Shown: positions 27,431-41,248, numbered from the stretch's first letter. The stretch: DNA of 64,000 nt from Octopus sinensis (GCF_006345805.1 NC_043004.1:43524001-43588000), one strand, 5' to 3'. Notes: a model not told the origin generated them from the sequence alone. A program made the numbers and translations.

Positions 27431-27709
27431 AAATCTCCAATCCACCCCATATATATATATATATCCGCCTATCATTTCCTTTCTCTAATAACCTTTTTTC
27501 TCCCCTTCAAATTTTCTGTCTTTCCCCTCCACTTTTAATCTCTCTCTCGTTGCTCACACATGACTCTCGTCCATCTTTCTTTTCCTCACGTGATCATCTT
27601 TCTTTTCTTTCATGGCTCTCCTAATGACTGGACGTATCCTATCTCTCTCTTCTATCTTTTCTCTTTTCAAAGAAAATATTTCTCCAGTGTTCTCTATTTT
27701 AACCAGTGT

Positions 27710-27743
<34 letters not shown>

Positions 27744-28079
27744 ATATATATATATATATAAATATATATATATATACATATATTATATTAGAGATAAAAC
27801 TACTATAAGGCAAATCAAACAGTGAAAAACATAAGCCAATACATAAAATTAATTTAAAAATATAAAATTTAAAATTTAAAAATTATTTAAACTTATAAAT
27901 TTTAAATATATATATACAAATATATATATATATATGTACGTATATTCTTATATTTATATATCAATTTATTAATTAATTAATTTATTTATTTATTTAAAAA
28001 ATTTTTTTTATATATAAACACACACACACACACATATATATTTTGATATATTTTTAATATTCTGTTATTCTTTTATTTT

Positions 28080-28171
28080 TTCAATCATTTGTTTGCGGCC
28101 AGCAAATCGACCCCAGTACATCAAGCGATGTTGGGGGGAGACAATCACAGACACACAAACACACGCACACA

Positions 28172-28251
<80 letters not shown>

Positions 28252-28393
28252 ATATGTATATACATACCACGGGTTTCTTTCAGTTTCCGTTTGCCCGATG
28301 CTATAGTAACAGAGTTTCACCAAAGGTGCCACGCAGTGGGACTGAACCCAGAACCGTGTGGCTGATAGGCAAGCTACCACACAGCCAGCGCCT
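28080..28393 (-). mobile_element. SINE family B, internally deleted
   Basis: caaggtgccacgcagtgggactgaaccc head shared with 33164 and 42547 copies. Confidence 0.75.
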
Positions 28394-29678
28394 ATATATG
28401 TGTATATGTTTTTTAAAACTATATATATATATTTAAAGTAAAACGAAGCACAATTTTCATTCGTATCAAAACACTCACAACTTTATTAGTATACGCTAAT
28501 GCTGTTAAATTGCTCAGTAATATTGATCGCTACTCTAGCAATGGTTCCTTCGTCCGTGTTAAACAGAGCAAGATTGGAACTCTAGCTATTAAGACAACAA
28601 ACAAGCTGTAGTGGCCATAGTTAATCCTCTTCGCCTCCATATAAATGCGTATAGTCATCACGCCTACTTTTACAGCGTCATTAATATTATATAAATCTAA
28701 ATAGGAAGTAATACGAAACCGAATGCGAAATTCTGTTGTATGTATTTATTTTCCTCATTTACTTATCTATTCACTTATTTATTATTATGCGGTCAAAGCT
28801 GCGAACGTAGAGCATTCCATTTAATATTATTACACAGAGAAAGCGATAAAGTCCATTCACTCTGGTTAATTGCGATACGGTACATTTGTTCGTTTGTTTA
28901 TTCGGCTCGCGGGACATTCTTTAATTTCTATCACTATACACTTGCAAAAATAAATAAATAAATAAATAAAAACGGGTGCCATAAAGCTTATTTAGTTGGA
29001 AATGAATGGATGAAGATGAAATGACAATAAAATAAACTAAAATCAGAAAAATCTATTCTGGTTGCGTCTAGATGGGAAAACATTTAGGTTTTTATTTGTT
29101 TCAAAAGATTCAAACACTTGTATCCTAATTTCGCTTGCCGTTTGCAACTAGTCTTTATGTACGCAAACGCACACACACCCAGACACACCCACACACACCA
29201 CCACGCCGCTTACACACACATATACAAACACAAGCAAGCACAAACCCACTCATGCATGCGCACATACACACTCACTCGTACAAACGCACGCACACACGCG
29301 CACTCAGACGAACGCCCACACGCACACACGCTCCTTTACGCCCAAACACGCGTTTACACACAAACACATACATGTACGTTTACACGCAAACATACACATA
29401 CTCAAACAAATTTATACAGGCACTAACACACCAGCTCCATATGAATATAAACATACATAAATACATACATGCTGACAGATAGCTACGTATATACACATAA
29501 GCATATACACAAGCATAGACAAATCATGTACTGTTAAATGTACGACTACCACTGAACGTAGAGGATTATCATTAAGTTTGTCTTAGGATTATAAGTTCGA
29601 TACCCCTATACTTAGTAGTAATACTGTTTATGATTTACAATGAAATTGTAGAAGAGATTTTAATAAACACATGTTAAT

Positions 29679-30165
29679 ACCTATTTCTTTACTACCCACA
29701 AGGGGCTAAACACAGAGGGCACAAAGAAGGAGAGACAGTCGAATTAAGTTGATTACATCGACCTCAGTACGTAACTGGTACTTAATCTATCGACCCCGAA
29801 AGGATGAAAGGTAAAGTCGACCTTGGCGGAATTTGAACTCAGAACGTAACGGCAGACGAAATACGGCTACGCATTTCACCCGACGTGCTTACGTTTCTGC
29901 CAGTTCGCCGCCTTGAACACAAGTTAATACCTATTTTTTACTACCCACAAGGGGCTAAACACAGAGGGCACAAAGAAGGAGAGACAATCGAATTAAGTTG
30001 ATAACATCGACCTCAGTACGTAACTGGTACTTAATTTATCGACCCCGAAAGGATGAAAGGTAAAGTTGACCTCGGCGGAATTTGAACTCAGAACGTAAGG
30101 ACAGACGAAACACGGCTACGCAGTTCGCCCGGCGTGCTAACGTTTCTGCCAGCTCGACGCATTCG
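29679..30165 (-). mobile_element. Tandem dimer of tRNA-derived SINE family C
   Basis: Two ~237-bp copies (29679-29915, 29929-30165) with A box TGGCAGAAACG and B box AGTTCAAATTC. (a)acaca(t/a)gttaat flanks and separates them. Confidence 0.9.
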
Positions 30166-30472
30166 ACACATGTTAATTACATTTGTTGACTCCCGACGTT
30201 TTATTGTTGTTGTTCTTTGGATTCTCTGGATTGGATATTCCCACTGCAATTGGATGCTGGACACCCGCAGAGCATCAAGAGAAGAATAAGTTAACCGCAT
30301 TATTTTACGGAGATCGAGGATCTCCAGACATACGATCTGGCAGTTCCAGACAACTACGTATGTGAGACGTTCGTTTGGGACAAATGTGTTTATCCGAATT
30401 TTCTCACATGTAATTGTACTCACACACACATGCGCGCGCACACACACACACATCCATATACGTATGTATGTG

Positions 30473-30508
<36 letters not shown>

Positions 30509-30677
30509 AGTGTGTGTGTGTGTGTGTGTTTCCTAGAGCTTGCGTTATTGATAGAGCCTATGAGAATAACATACAGAAACATTTAATATTACGCATTTTT
30601 TCTGGATTCGAATCCGAAAATTTTAAACATTTACGTAGCAGTGGTTCTTTGCGGTAAATTATTGAACTAAATCACTG

Positions 30678-31097
30678 GGATCTTTTCGGTTTGAACGGCA
30701 GTTTTTAACATAATTTCTAGGTAACGAACAATTTTTTTTAATTCGTATACTGGTAGAATGTGTTTATAAAACATCTTTTTCACTTGGCTTTATTGGGAAA
30801 ATTCTATAGTTTGTAAGATATTTCTTGCTTTTTTTCTGCAATTTCAACCAAACGATGACGTCCATTGAGGTAAAAAAATCATTCTGTGCCGTATGAATAT
30901 GTCCCTCGTTTAAGAAACAGATTGGATTTATTTACGTTTGTGAAGAAAAAATATACCCGTCCCCCCACCTCTAACCCTAACTAATCCTAACCCTAAAGCA
31001 GATTGAAATGCAATATATCGACACTAAGGTCATAATTATGGGTGACAATTTCATATTACACCGCTAGAAAAAACTGCCGTTCAAAGCGAAGAGATTC
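30678..31097. mobile_element. MITE with ~28-bp TIRs and 8-bp TSD (Merlin-like GG terminus)
   Basis: ggatcttttcggtttgaacggcagttttt / aaaaactgccgttcaaagcgaagagattc. TSD AATCACTG at 30670-30677 and 31098-31105. Confidence 0.85.
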
Positions 31098-31257
31098 AAT
31101 CACTGCCCCCAAAATGCCGGTGGTCCTTTCAATAACTTTCTGCATCCACGAAGCATCAGGGTTTATCTCCGAATTATCTCCTTAATCTTATAAGACATCG
31201 TTTTAGATTCACTTTACTGTAGTTATCATTAAATTAATTTATATTATTCTTTTATTC

Positions 31258-31872
31258 TTTTACTTGCGTCAGCCATTTAACTGCGGCCATGCTGGAGCAC
31301 TGCTTCGAAGCATTCTAGTCGAACAAATCGAACCAGACCATATTTCCTAGGCCTTAATACTTATTTCATCGGGGTTTTTTTGCCGAACTGCTAAGTTATA
31401 GAGACGTACGCACAACATCACCAGCTGTCAAGCGATGATAAGGGGCAAACACAGACACAAGAACACACACACACACAAACACACACGGACATATATATAT
31501 ATATATATTCGGCGTGCTTCATTCAGTTTCCGTCAACGAAATACACTCACAAGGATTTGGTCGGTCCCAAGATTGGAACTCTAGCTATTAAGACAACCAA
31601 CAAGCTGTAGTGGCTATAGTTAATCCTCTTCGTCTCCATATAAATGCGTATAGTCATCACGCCTACTTTTACAGCGTCATTAATATTATATAAATATAAA
31701 TAGGAAGTAATACGAAACCGAATGCGAAACTCTGTTGTATGTATTTATTTTACTCATTTACTTATACTTATGGCACCCGTAGACGATACATGCCCAAGGT
31801 GCTACGCAGTAGGAGTGAACCAGGAACCATGTGGTTGGAAATACAAGCTCCTTACCGTACAGCCACGCCTGC
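31258..31872 (-). mobile_element. SINE family B interrupted by a 198-bp insertion
   Basis: SINE homology at 31258-31567 and ~31780-31872. Confidence 0.8.
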
Positions 31873-32198
31873 GTATATTACTTCATTCTTTTCACTACCA
31901 ATGTCATCACCTTATGTGATACCAACCTGTTTTCAAGGCCCACTTATACCGCAATATGAATTCTACATAAGGCAATTGTTAAGTATTAATCATTAATTAT
32001 TTAAGTTATATGCTGCTGAAAATGACACCAAGCTTGGATTATCTGATTCGCCATTTATTCGAAGTAACCTTCTTCTTGAAGATGTATGTTCTTTACTGAT
32101 ACAATAAAAAACATGTTCTGTTTTTCTTATTAGTCGCTGTATTGTATTTCAGCAAGATGTCGACCGATGATTCAAGCGAGATTTGAACATGTCTACTC

Positions 32199-32465
32199 TT
32201 GAGGAATTTCAGAGATTCATCAGGAAAACAGACGAACCGGGACTTGTTTCATCAGGACAATGATCCAACACACAAGGTCTTTGTTTCCATAGTCGCAGTG
32301 TGTGACAGCGGCTTTAAATTATTTGACCAACCTCCCTATTCTCCTGATTTGGCCACATCTTTTTATTATCTGTTCCCTCATACGGAAAAAAATAAACATT
32401 TGCCTAGCTGCCAGTATCGCAGTGCTGATAATATCATTCCAGGTTTTGGTATTTCTGACCAATAG
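32199..32465 (+). pseudogene. Mariner transposase catalytic-domain relic
   Basis: LFHQDNDPTH...DQPPYSPDLATSFYYLFP matches the mariner HDNA...HPPYSPDLAPSD motifs. Confidence 0.85.
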
Positions 32466-33093
32466 TTTGAAACTCCTCCACCAACGGCATACAAGTAATG
32501 CGTCGTTCAAGAATTTTGACCTGGAGACCTCCATTTCCAGCGACTTCGAGGGCCACCTCCCAGTGGTGTCGGGCGTCAACAAAGATACCTCGACTACAAC
32601 ACGACGACCAAAGTTTTTTTTCCAAGGTCTGGGTTCTCCCGCCCCTAGGCCTTAGACCATCACCTAATCACCCTTACCCGTCCTGTTGCTTAACAACAAC
32701 AACAACTACAAGTACTGCAACAGTGATAGAAGTACGTGGACCGCAACGGGGACTACGTTGAAAGGAAATCTCATTTTGTCACCATCCATTAGAGCATCTT
32801 AAATCAGCCTATGAATTTTTTCAGCCGATCGTCATCTTCCTATGCTGTTAGTGGGCAGATATTTTACTTGAGCATTCTCTCCAGCTCTTTACTTTCCGAG
32901 TTCAAATGCTACTGTGGTGGCTTTGTTTTTCGCGGTCAATAAAATAGGTATTGGTTCAAATTGGTTCAAATGTATGGTTGAAGAAGTCGATTTCCCTTTA
33001 CCATCAAAGTAGCTTGTAACCAAATGTAAATGAATAAACGAATGACAAAAAGAAATATTTCAATATAATATAATATAATATAATATTAATATA

Positions 33094-33125
<32 letters not shown>

Positions 33126-33163
33126 GTATATATATATATACATATATGTATCTATATATATAT

Positions 33164-33566
33164 AGGCGCAGGAGTGGCTGTGTGGTAAGTAGCTTGCTAA
33201 CCAACCACATGGCTCCGGGTTCAGTCCCACTGCGTGGCATCTTCGGCAAGTGTCTTCTGCTATAGCCCCGGGCCGACCAATACCGTGTGAGTGGATTTGG
33301 TAGATGGAAACTGAAAGAAGCCTGTCGCATATATGTATATATCTATGTGTGTGTGTGTATGTGTGTGTGTTTGTGTGTTTGTCCCCCTAGCATTGCTTGA
33401 CAACCGCTGCTGGTGTGTTTACGTCCCTGTCACTTAGCGGTTCGGCAAAAGAAACCGATAGAATAAGTACTGGGCTTACAAAGAATAAGTCCCGGGGTCG
33501 ATTTGCTCGACTAAAGGCGGTGCTCCAGCATGGCCGCAGTCAAATGACTGAAACAAGTAAAAGATA
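33164..33566 (+). mobile_element. tRNA-derived SINE family B, full length
   Basis: A box TGGCTGTGTGG, B-box-like GGTTCAGTCCC, internal (TA)/(TG) tract; several copies in the window. Confidence 0.9.
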
Positions 33567-33684
33567 AAGAAAGATAAAGAAAAGAAAGATACATATATAC
33601 ATATATATATATTCCACCCTTATACATATATATATACATATATACATATATATATATGTGTGTATATATATATACACATATATA

Positions 33685-33729
<45 letters not shown>

Positions 33730-33797
33730 ATATATATGTATAAGGGTGGAATATATGTGTGTGTATATATACATATATACATATATATATATATACG

Positions 33798-33856
<59 letters not shown>

Positions 33857-33875
33857 ATATATACGTATATATATG

Positions 33876-33933
<58 letters not shown>

Positions 33934-35897
33934 ACTTAGAAAGGTTTTGGCCAGTATTGGCCCAGGCCATGCCTAACTTAATAGCACCACCTGGCGAAGT
34001 CTTTCAATTCAGGATTTGGGCACCAAGGCCCATTTGAGCAGAGAGTTATTGTTTGCGGAGACATATCCGGGTGTGGATGGTTTGTCCGAGACTGTTTGAA
34101 GGAATTTGTCCAAAGACGTCTTGAATTTTGTATGGTCAGTTTCTTTTTTGACGTGTCCTGGTGTAATGTTGAAGAGAGCGGGTCCAATTGAGGTGAAATA
34201 GTTGTGCCGTATTGTCGTTATGTGATGCGATTTAGATTTTTGTTGTGGATAGATGGCACGTGGTCCAAGCCTTGGATGTATTTTGAAGGTGATGTCAACA
34301 TCATTCGGACAGTGCTGATGGAATATTTTCCACATCATACAGATAATGTAGCGTTCACGGCGTCGTTGGAGTGAATACAGTTTCAGCTTCTCTAGTCTAC
34401 CCCATTCTATCTTTTTTGTGATTGACCTTTGGGGAGCTTCAATTCTCATAATATTTTGGTCTGTGTAGGGAGACCACAGTGGACAGCAGTATTCAAGGTG
34501 GGGTCGGGCAAAAGTGGAGAAGTGAAGGATAATAGTGTGGGAATCTCTCGACTGGAAGGTTCTGAGAATCCAGGAACACATTCTGCGGACCATGTCAACT
34601 TTGCTGCTTATATGTATAGCCCAGCTTATGTTGTTGTCCACTGTTACTCCCACGTCTCTGATGTTGTTGGATGCCATGAGAATTTCTCCAGAAGGAAGAG
34701 AGTATGGGAGTTTCAGAGCGTCCTCCCTTCCAAAGTGGATCAGTTCGAATTTGTCTTCGTTTAGCAACATCTTATTCTTTTCCGCCCATTGGACAACAGC
34801 CAGTAGGTCTGACTGAAGGCTTATTCGGTCATCCACGCCATTGATGACCTTCTGGAGCTTGGAATCATCAGCGAAGGTTCTGATGTTAGTGCGTTTGATG
34901 GTGTCAGTAATATCATTTATGTAGATGATGAAGAGAAGTGGGCCCAACACAGTACCTTGTGGGACACCACTGCTGACTTTGGCTGGGCTGGATTTGGCTC
35001 CTTCGACTACGACATGTTGGGTTCTGTTAGACAGGAAGCACTTGATCCACTGCAGCAGCTTTCCAGTGACACCAATATTGGACAGTTTTCTCAGAAGGAT
35101 CTTATGATCAACCCTGTCAAAGGCCTTGCTGAAATCAAGGTAGATGACATCAGTATTGGAACCCTCTCCCAAGGCTCTCGAAATGTCATCAAAATGATGC
35201 AGTAGCTGCGTCAGGCAATCTCTCCCATTACGGAATCCATGCTGGTTGGGGTTCAGCATATTATGACTCTCAAGGAAGTGAGTCATACGCGATCTCAGCA
35301 ATCTCTCAAATACCTTAATGATATGAGAGTGAGTGAGATTGGACGGTAATTCACGGCAAGCGATTTGTTTCCTTTCTTGAAAACTGGGACAGCAGACTGG
35401 GATAGAAGGTCTTCTGGTATATATCCAGCATCCAGTGAGTTCCGCCACAGATTGGCTAGAGGGGGTGCAAGTTGGTTTTGACACATCTTCAAGACACAAG
35501 CAGGGAACCTATCGGGACCTACTGCTGAATTATGCTTCATTTCCTTTTTTTGCTAAGACGCCAATCAGGAGCGCCAAATGTTAAGTCCGATAAAGTGTAT
35601 TGGGGAGTAACTTCACTGATACAGCCCAGATCAGTCATATCAGGATTGCTGAAAACAGAGCAATATTGTTTCTGCAATATCTCTCCCATGGTTTTGGCAT
35701 TGTCTTGAAGAGTACCATTTTCATCAATCAGAGGGCCAACAGTAGAACCAGCAAATGAAAAGAACACTTTGGGATTGAGTTTGATCTTCTTAATGGTCCA
35801 GACCTCTTCAGCTCTTCGCTGACTATTGATGATAGACATCATGTTGTTTTTGAGTTTATGTTTTTTAATCTCTAGCGACGAGATGGCAGTCAGGTTG
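33934..35897 (-). mobile_element. 5'-truncated CR1/L2-group LINE (ORF2 RT), frameshifted, within (TA)n
   Basis: ORFs 35537-35842, 35295-35540 and 34009-35499 give AVGPD, NYRPISLT, QHGFR, YLDFSKAFD, GVPQGTVLGPLLF, FADD and RPHLEYC. Confidence 0.95.
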
Positions 35898-36556
35898 GTG
35901 TTTATATATATAATATATATATATATAATATTAATATATATATATAATTATATATATATATATTATATATATATATATTTATATATATATATGTATATAT
36001 ATATATGGATATATACCAATGTATTTCCAGACGTTCGTGTACACTCGGGCGGGGAATTTATTTCCCAGTTGTAACTGTCCCCCGAAAAATTTGTATTACT
36101 GTGTGATATTTAAGTATGAACCCGGCTCTTTTTGTGATCTATAAACGATGAATGAATTCGGTGTCCGTAGATGAAGATAAATAGCCGAGAGACGCAGGTG
36201 TCTGATGATGTCATTCTTAATCAATTGGTATACTTTTCACACACGTTCTTTATTAGAATTATTTATCTCTAGTTTTTTTCAGGGTCACAGCGTATAAACA
36301 AATGTTAAGTATTGCTGTTATGCCTCAGTTCTTCCTTAGGAGCACAAGACCGGATTCTCAGTTTCTGTGGCGTATATATTACCTCGTAGATAGGACGTTG
36401 GTCAATCGCAGAATCATTCATTTCTAGCAGCGGAGTGCGTGCAACGTGGAATATAAGGTTTTCTCTCTCTCTCGCTTTACTATACGTATATAATTTATAT
36501 ATATGTATATATGTACATATATATACACACATATATACATACATATATACATATAC

Positions 36557-36652
<96 letters not shown>

Positions 36653-36654
36653 TA

Positions 36655-36845
36655 TAAAGGGAAAGTTTACGAAAATATACAAAAGACGAAGGCAGCTGGA
36701 TTACAAACAAACAAATGTATTAGTCTAGCACTAAGGAATAGAAATAGAAAAAAAGTCTTTTACGCTTCGAGCCTACGCTCTTCGAAAGATACACAGAAAA
36801 AAACAAGGAGAGAAACAAGGAGAGTGAAAATGCGTGTAGGAGCTA
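36655..36845 (-). mobile_element. PLE-like terminus with a mutated minimal HHR (36758-36788); same family as 43400-43565
   Basis: Minus strand reads ctttcga-agagc-gtag-gctc-GAAGCGTA-aaa; reverse-complement homology to 43405-43565. Confidence 0.6.
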
Positions 36846-37814
36846 ATGTGCAAGTCACAGAACCACCTTCAAGCAACATAATCAACATTGAACGACATAA
36901 TCTATAATAGAGATACATAAGATTACATTTTATCAAAATTAATATCTGCAATTCTTATTCTGAATCCTATAGTAAATTATATAGACTACATGCGTTTCAT
37001 AACAATATCCATCGGTATTGCTGAAATAGAGGATCACTAAATTCAATACCATATCAATCCGACTATACTGCCAATGTTCAGGTCTGAATTATATAAAACT
37101 ATTTCGTTATTTACATCCAATATAAAGACATGACAATCAAACTTATACAACTAGAAATCGTCGAAATAGGTGAGGAGAGATAGATAGCCGGCAACTGATG
37201 AAGGGTCCTTTCTTTGTGTTTACTTGTCCTGTTTTCCATTTGTTCTTATTGCTTACGTATTTCACTCGTTTTTCCCTCATTTGTTTACCTATTGTATATT
37301 TGCACCGTTGGTGTCGTACTGTACCCTGTATAGATAAATAAATACATAATACAAACTTATATATATATACATACACACACATATACATACACATAACTTT
37401 AATGTTCTCTGTGTATTTAAATAATTGAATAAGTAGTAAATTGCCTTAGACTACACTGATATATACTTCTTTTACAATGAATTTATTTCTTAAATATCAA
37501 GGAAATGCTGTCTACACGATATCTTAAATTTATTAATAATACATTTGGAATTAATATAATAATATAAGGTGTCATTGCATTAATGATCAATGATATCAAG
37601 CTTAATTCGCATTTGGAAAATAAATCTCCAGTATTGACCATGTCATTAATAGTGCTATTTCACACAATTACATCTGTTGTTTTGCGTGCAAATGTTACAA
37701 TTGATCATAACCGAGATGTATTTATCGTAGAATTTCTTCACACTTTCAGAAATATTTAATTACATACCGGTACTATACTGGTCGAAAGCAAATTTCAGCC
37801 TCGCGAAAGATGTT

Positions 37815-37950
37815 TATGTATGTATGTATGTATGTATGTATGTATGTATGTATGTATGTATGTATGTATGTATGTACGCACGTACGTACGTACGTATGTA
37901 TATATGTATGTTTGCATGTATGTATGTATGTAGTATGTATGTATGTATAT
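37815..37950. repeat. (TATG)n microsatellite
   Basis: Direct reading. Confidence 0.95.
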
Positions 37951-38571
37951 GTATATAATTACGATAACTGGTGATTGATTGAATGACCTATGCAAAACAA
38001 AAAGAAAGCTCCAATCAATTAAATTTATATGCGAAATTGTGAAAAAAGTGATTTTTCCGATTTATATTCAATAGCAACCGAAAATATGGCATTTCTCATA
38101 TCTATCTAAAAGGAAAATGCAAATGAGTGAAGTAATCTAACATAAATGATAATATTCATGCTATCCTTGTGGTGTAATTCCTTTAGTCGACCTGATTTTC
38201 AATTATACCAATCTGTTTGTAAAATTGTTTTATCGTTGCGTCAAAACTCCATTTCCACTGATTCATATTCTTCTATAGAATATTGTTTGCCAGTGAGGCG
38301 TAAAACATAAATATCATATTACTTACGTGTACTTCCATTGTTCATGTTAGCTGACTTTTATACATTTCTAATATCTTATAACTGTGTATCCCAGTACCTG
38401 ACATGTGCTTAGATACAAGACTAGGTTGCTATGAATATTCTCCGCACTAAGAGCATCACGCTATAACTTGATAATAAAAGTTAATGCCATTTGTCCATTT
38501 AATTACTATGTTCGCCCTAATTTTATAATTAAATATATTCTACCCACAGGCACATACACATTATATCCACA

Positions 38572-38985
38572 TTTCTTTACTGCCTACAAGGGGCTACACA
38601 CACAGGGGGCAAACAAGGACAGACAAACAGATTAAGTCGATTACATAGACCCCAGAGCGAAACTGGTACTTAATTTGTCGACCCCGAAAGAATGAAAGCC
38701 AAAGTCAACCTCGGCGGAATTTAAACTCAAAACGTAACGGCAGACAAAATACCTATTTCTTTACTACCCACAAGGGGCTAAACACAGAGGGCACAAAGAA
38801 GGACATACAAACGGATTAAGTCAATTATATCGACCCTAGTGCGTAACTGGTACTTAATTTATCGACTTCGAACTGATGAAAGGCAAATTCGATCTCGGCG
38901 GAATTTGAACTCAGAACATAACGGCAGACGAAATATGGCTACACATTTCGCCCTGTGTGCTAACGATTCTGCCAGCTCGCCGCCT
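38572..38985 (-). mobile_element. SINE family C, one full and one partial copy in tandem
   Basis: Homologous to 29679-29915; unit restarts at ~38750. Confidence 0.85.
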
Positions 38986-39455
38986 TTCACACGCATTATA
39001 TCCATGCATACACACGCACAAACACACACATTCACACACACACAGACACACACACACACGTGCGTATGTATGTATATATGTATAAGTAATAATTTTAAAT
39101 TTAGTTATAAACCTTATAGTATTCTGTTTAAACCATGTTCACTCCATTTGGTTACCTGAGAAGGAAAATTCACTAGATTCCTTATTAACTCATTTATCGT
39201 GCATTTGGTTGGCTACAGATAACTACCAAAATGTATTGTAATCAATATTACCGAAACGTCCATTAAATAATCAAAATGAGGTACTCTTTGGAATGTGACC
39301 GGGCAAGACACACCTGCTCCAAGTGATTCAATAGAAGTATTTCGTAGCATATTCACCGACAGTGACTGATGCACGATTGGTCAAATCGATCAGGGTGGCG
39401 AGATAGCACATCGTTTGCACGGAGGGTGAAATGCGTAGCCGTTACGTTCTAAGTT

Positions 39456-39500
<45 letters not shown>

Positions 39501-40334
39501 TATATAATTATATATATTTATGTATTATATATAAATGGATGTACGTATATGTGCATATATATGCACGCGGTGAAAATCAAATTGTAGGAAAAGTTGATAA
39601 AAGATAAGAATATGAGCAACTTTCATGTAGTCCTACATATGAATATATATTGAAATTAAAATGCATTTCCTTTGTTGTATATTCACATTTATCCCTTTAT
39701 TTGGTTCGTCTCCGAAGATTGCTTTGTAGCTGTAATTACTGCGTATGCAACATGTACTGATTTAACTGCACTTAGTTTTGGTGATGAATGATGTTCGAAG
39801 CCCGATAAATGATTTATAATGAATTTTGTTGAAATATTTTAATAATAACGAGTCGAAAACATTGGATGAATTCATATACAAATTGATATTCTAATGAAGA
39901 CAAATATTTAACACCAAATTCCTACTTAGATTGCAAATGTGTGTAAATATTAAACAACTATTAATCCGTTCTTAAAGAAATGAATTCTAATAGATATAGT
40001 CTTAATTTATTCAACACATTGGGAAACGTTTTCTTTACTGTCGTCTGTAATAAATAAACTAAGAAACTGGCAATAGCGAATTCATTCTTAATTCGTATAC
40101 ACAGTGATCCAAAGAAACAAACGATACAAACTAAATATATATTATATACATTAAATGCATATATGTATATATATAATTTCAGCAACAATTTAGATTCAAA
40201 TGAATATGGCACTTAATTTAGATGTACCAGAATTTTTTATGGTGTTACCCATAAAAATATGCATGGTGATTAAAATGTTGTAGTATGAAACAATTGTACT
40301 AAATTAGCGGATTCATTCTTGTTGCTTATTTTTG

Positions 40335-40386
<52 letters not shown>

Positions 40387-40577
40387 CATAACCAATAATA
40401 AATTTCTGACGAAGGTACGAACAGTATAAGCAGGTAAGCGTGAAGTATATTTGCCAGTATATATATATATATAATATATATATATTATATATATATATAT
40501 ATTATATATATACACCGCGTGTGTACGTTCCGATTTTTCCCCCGTCTTCCCTTCTTTGAATCTTTCCTTTTCCTATG

Positions 40578-40610
40578 TTTCTGACGAAAAGCTCCGCTTG
40601 AAACGTTAAG
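40578..40610 (+). ncRNA. Minimal type-I hammerhead ribozyme in a (TA)n-flanked ~200-bp unit (40514-40715)
   Basis: ttt-CTGACGA-a-aagc-tcc-gctt-GAAACGTT-aag. Confidence 0.6.
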
Positions 40611-41140
40611 CCTTCCTTCTTTCCTTCTTCCTGAGCATCCAATAATACTATACTTGTTCCACGTCCTCACGCTGTTGTGTTCTCCCTTTGTGTTTTCATG
40701 CTTGGATTAACTTTATATATATATATATATTATATATATTATATATATATACAATATTACTGAATACAGGCTCTGATAATATTATAGGATCCTAGGAGTT
40801 TATTTTGTTATGTCCTCAACACTCACTCACGACAAGTATGTTTGCACGATCTTTTATTTTTCCTCCTGAAGTTATCTGTTACTTAAACATTGTATTGCCT
40901 CCCTACCGGTTATGAGATTATATGTTACCGTGAAGAGATTTGGCATGAAATAAATTGCTCTATGTAAATTTTACAATACTGCGCTACTATAACTGTCGAT
41001 ATATTTATATTATTTGCATTAATGTCTGTTTTCGCTGATTGATGTCCACCTGTTCTTGGTTTTATTCATTTTCTCTTTTTGTTTTTCCTTCAATTGTTAT
41101 CTTTCCCAAATAGTCAACAACATATACATACAAGAATGTA

Positions 41141-41177
41141 GGTATGTATATATGCATGTACATGCACATACACCACA

Positions 41178-41248
<71 letters not shown>

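Noticed and set aside
34429-35205. Plus-strand ORFs overlapping the LINE
   Set aside because: They are antisense shadows of the RT coding frame
37150-37210. Permuted (type II) hammerhead: GAAA upstream of CTGATGA; also CTGATGA at 22914
   Set aside because: I could not build convincing stems II and III
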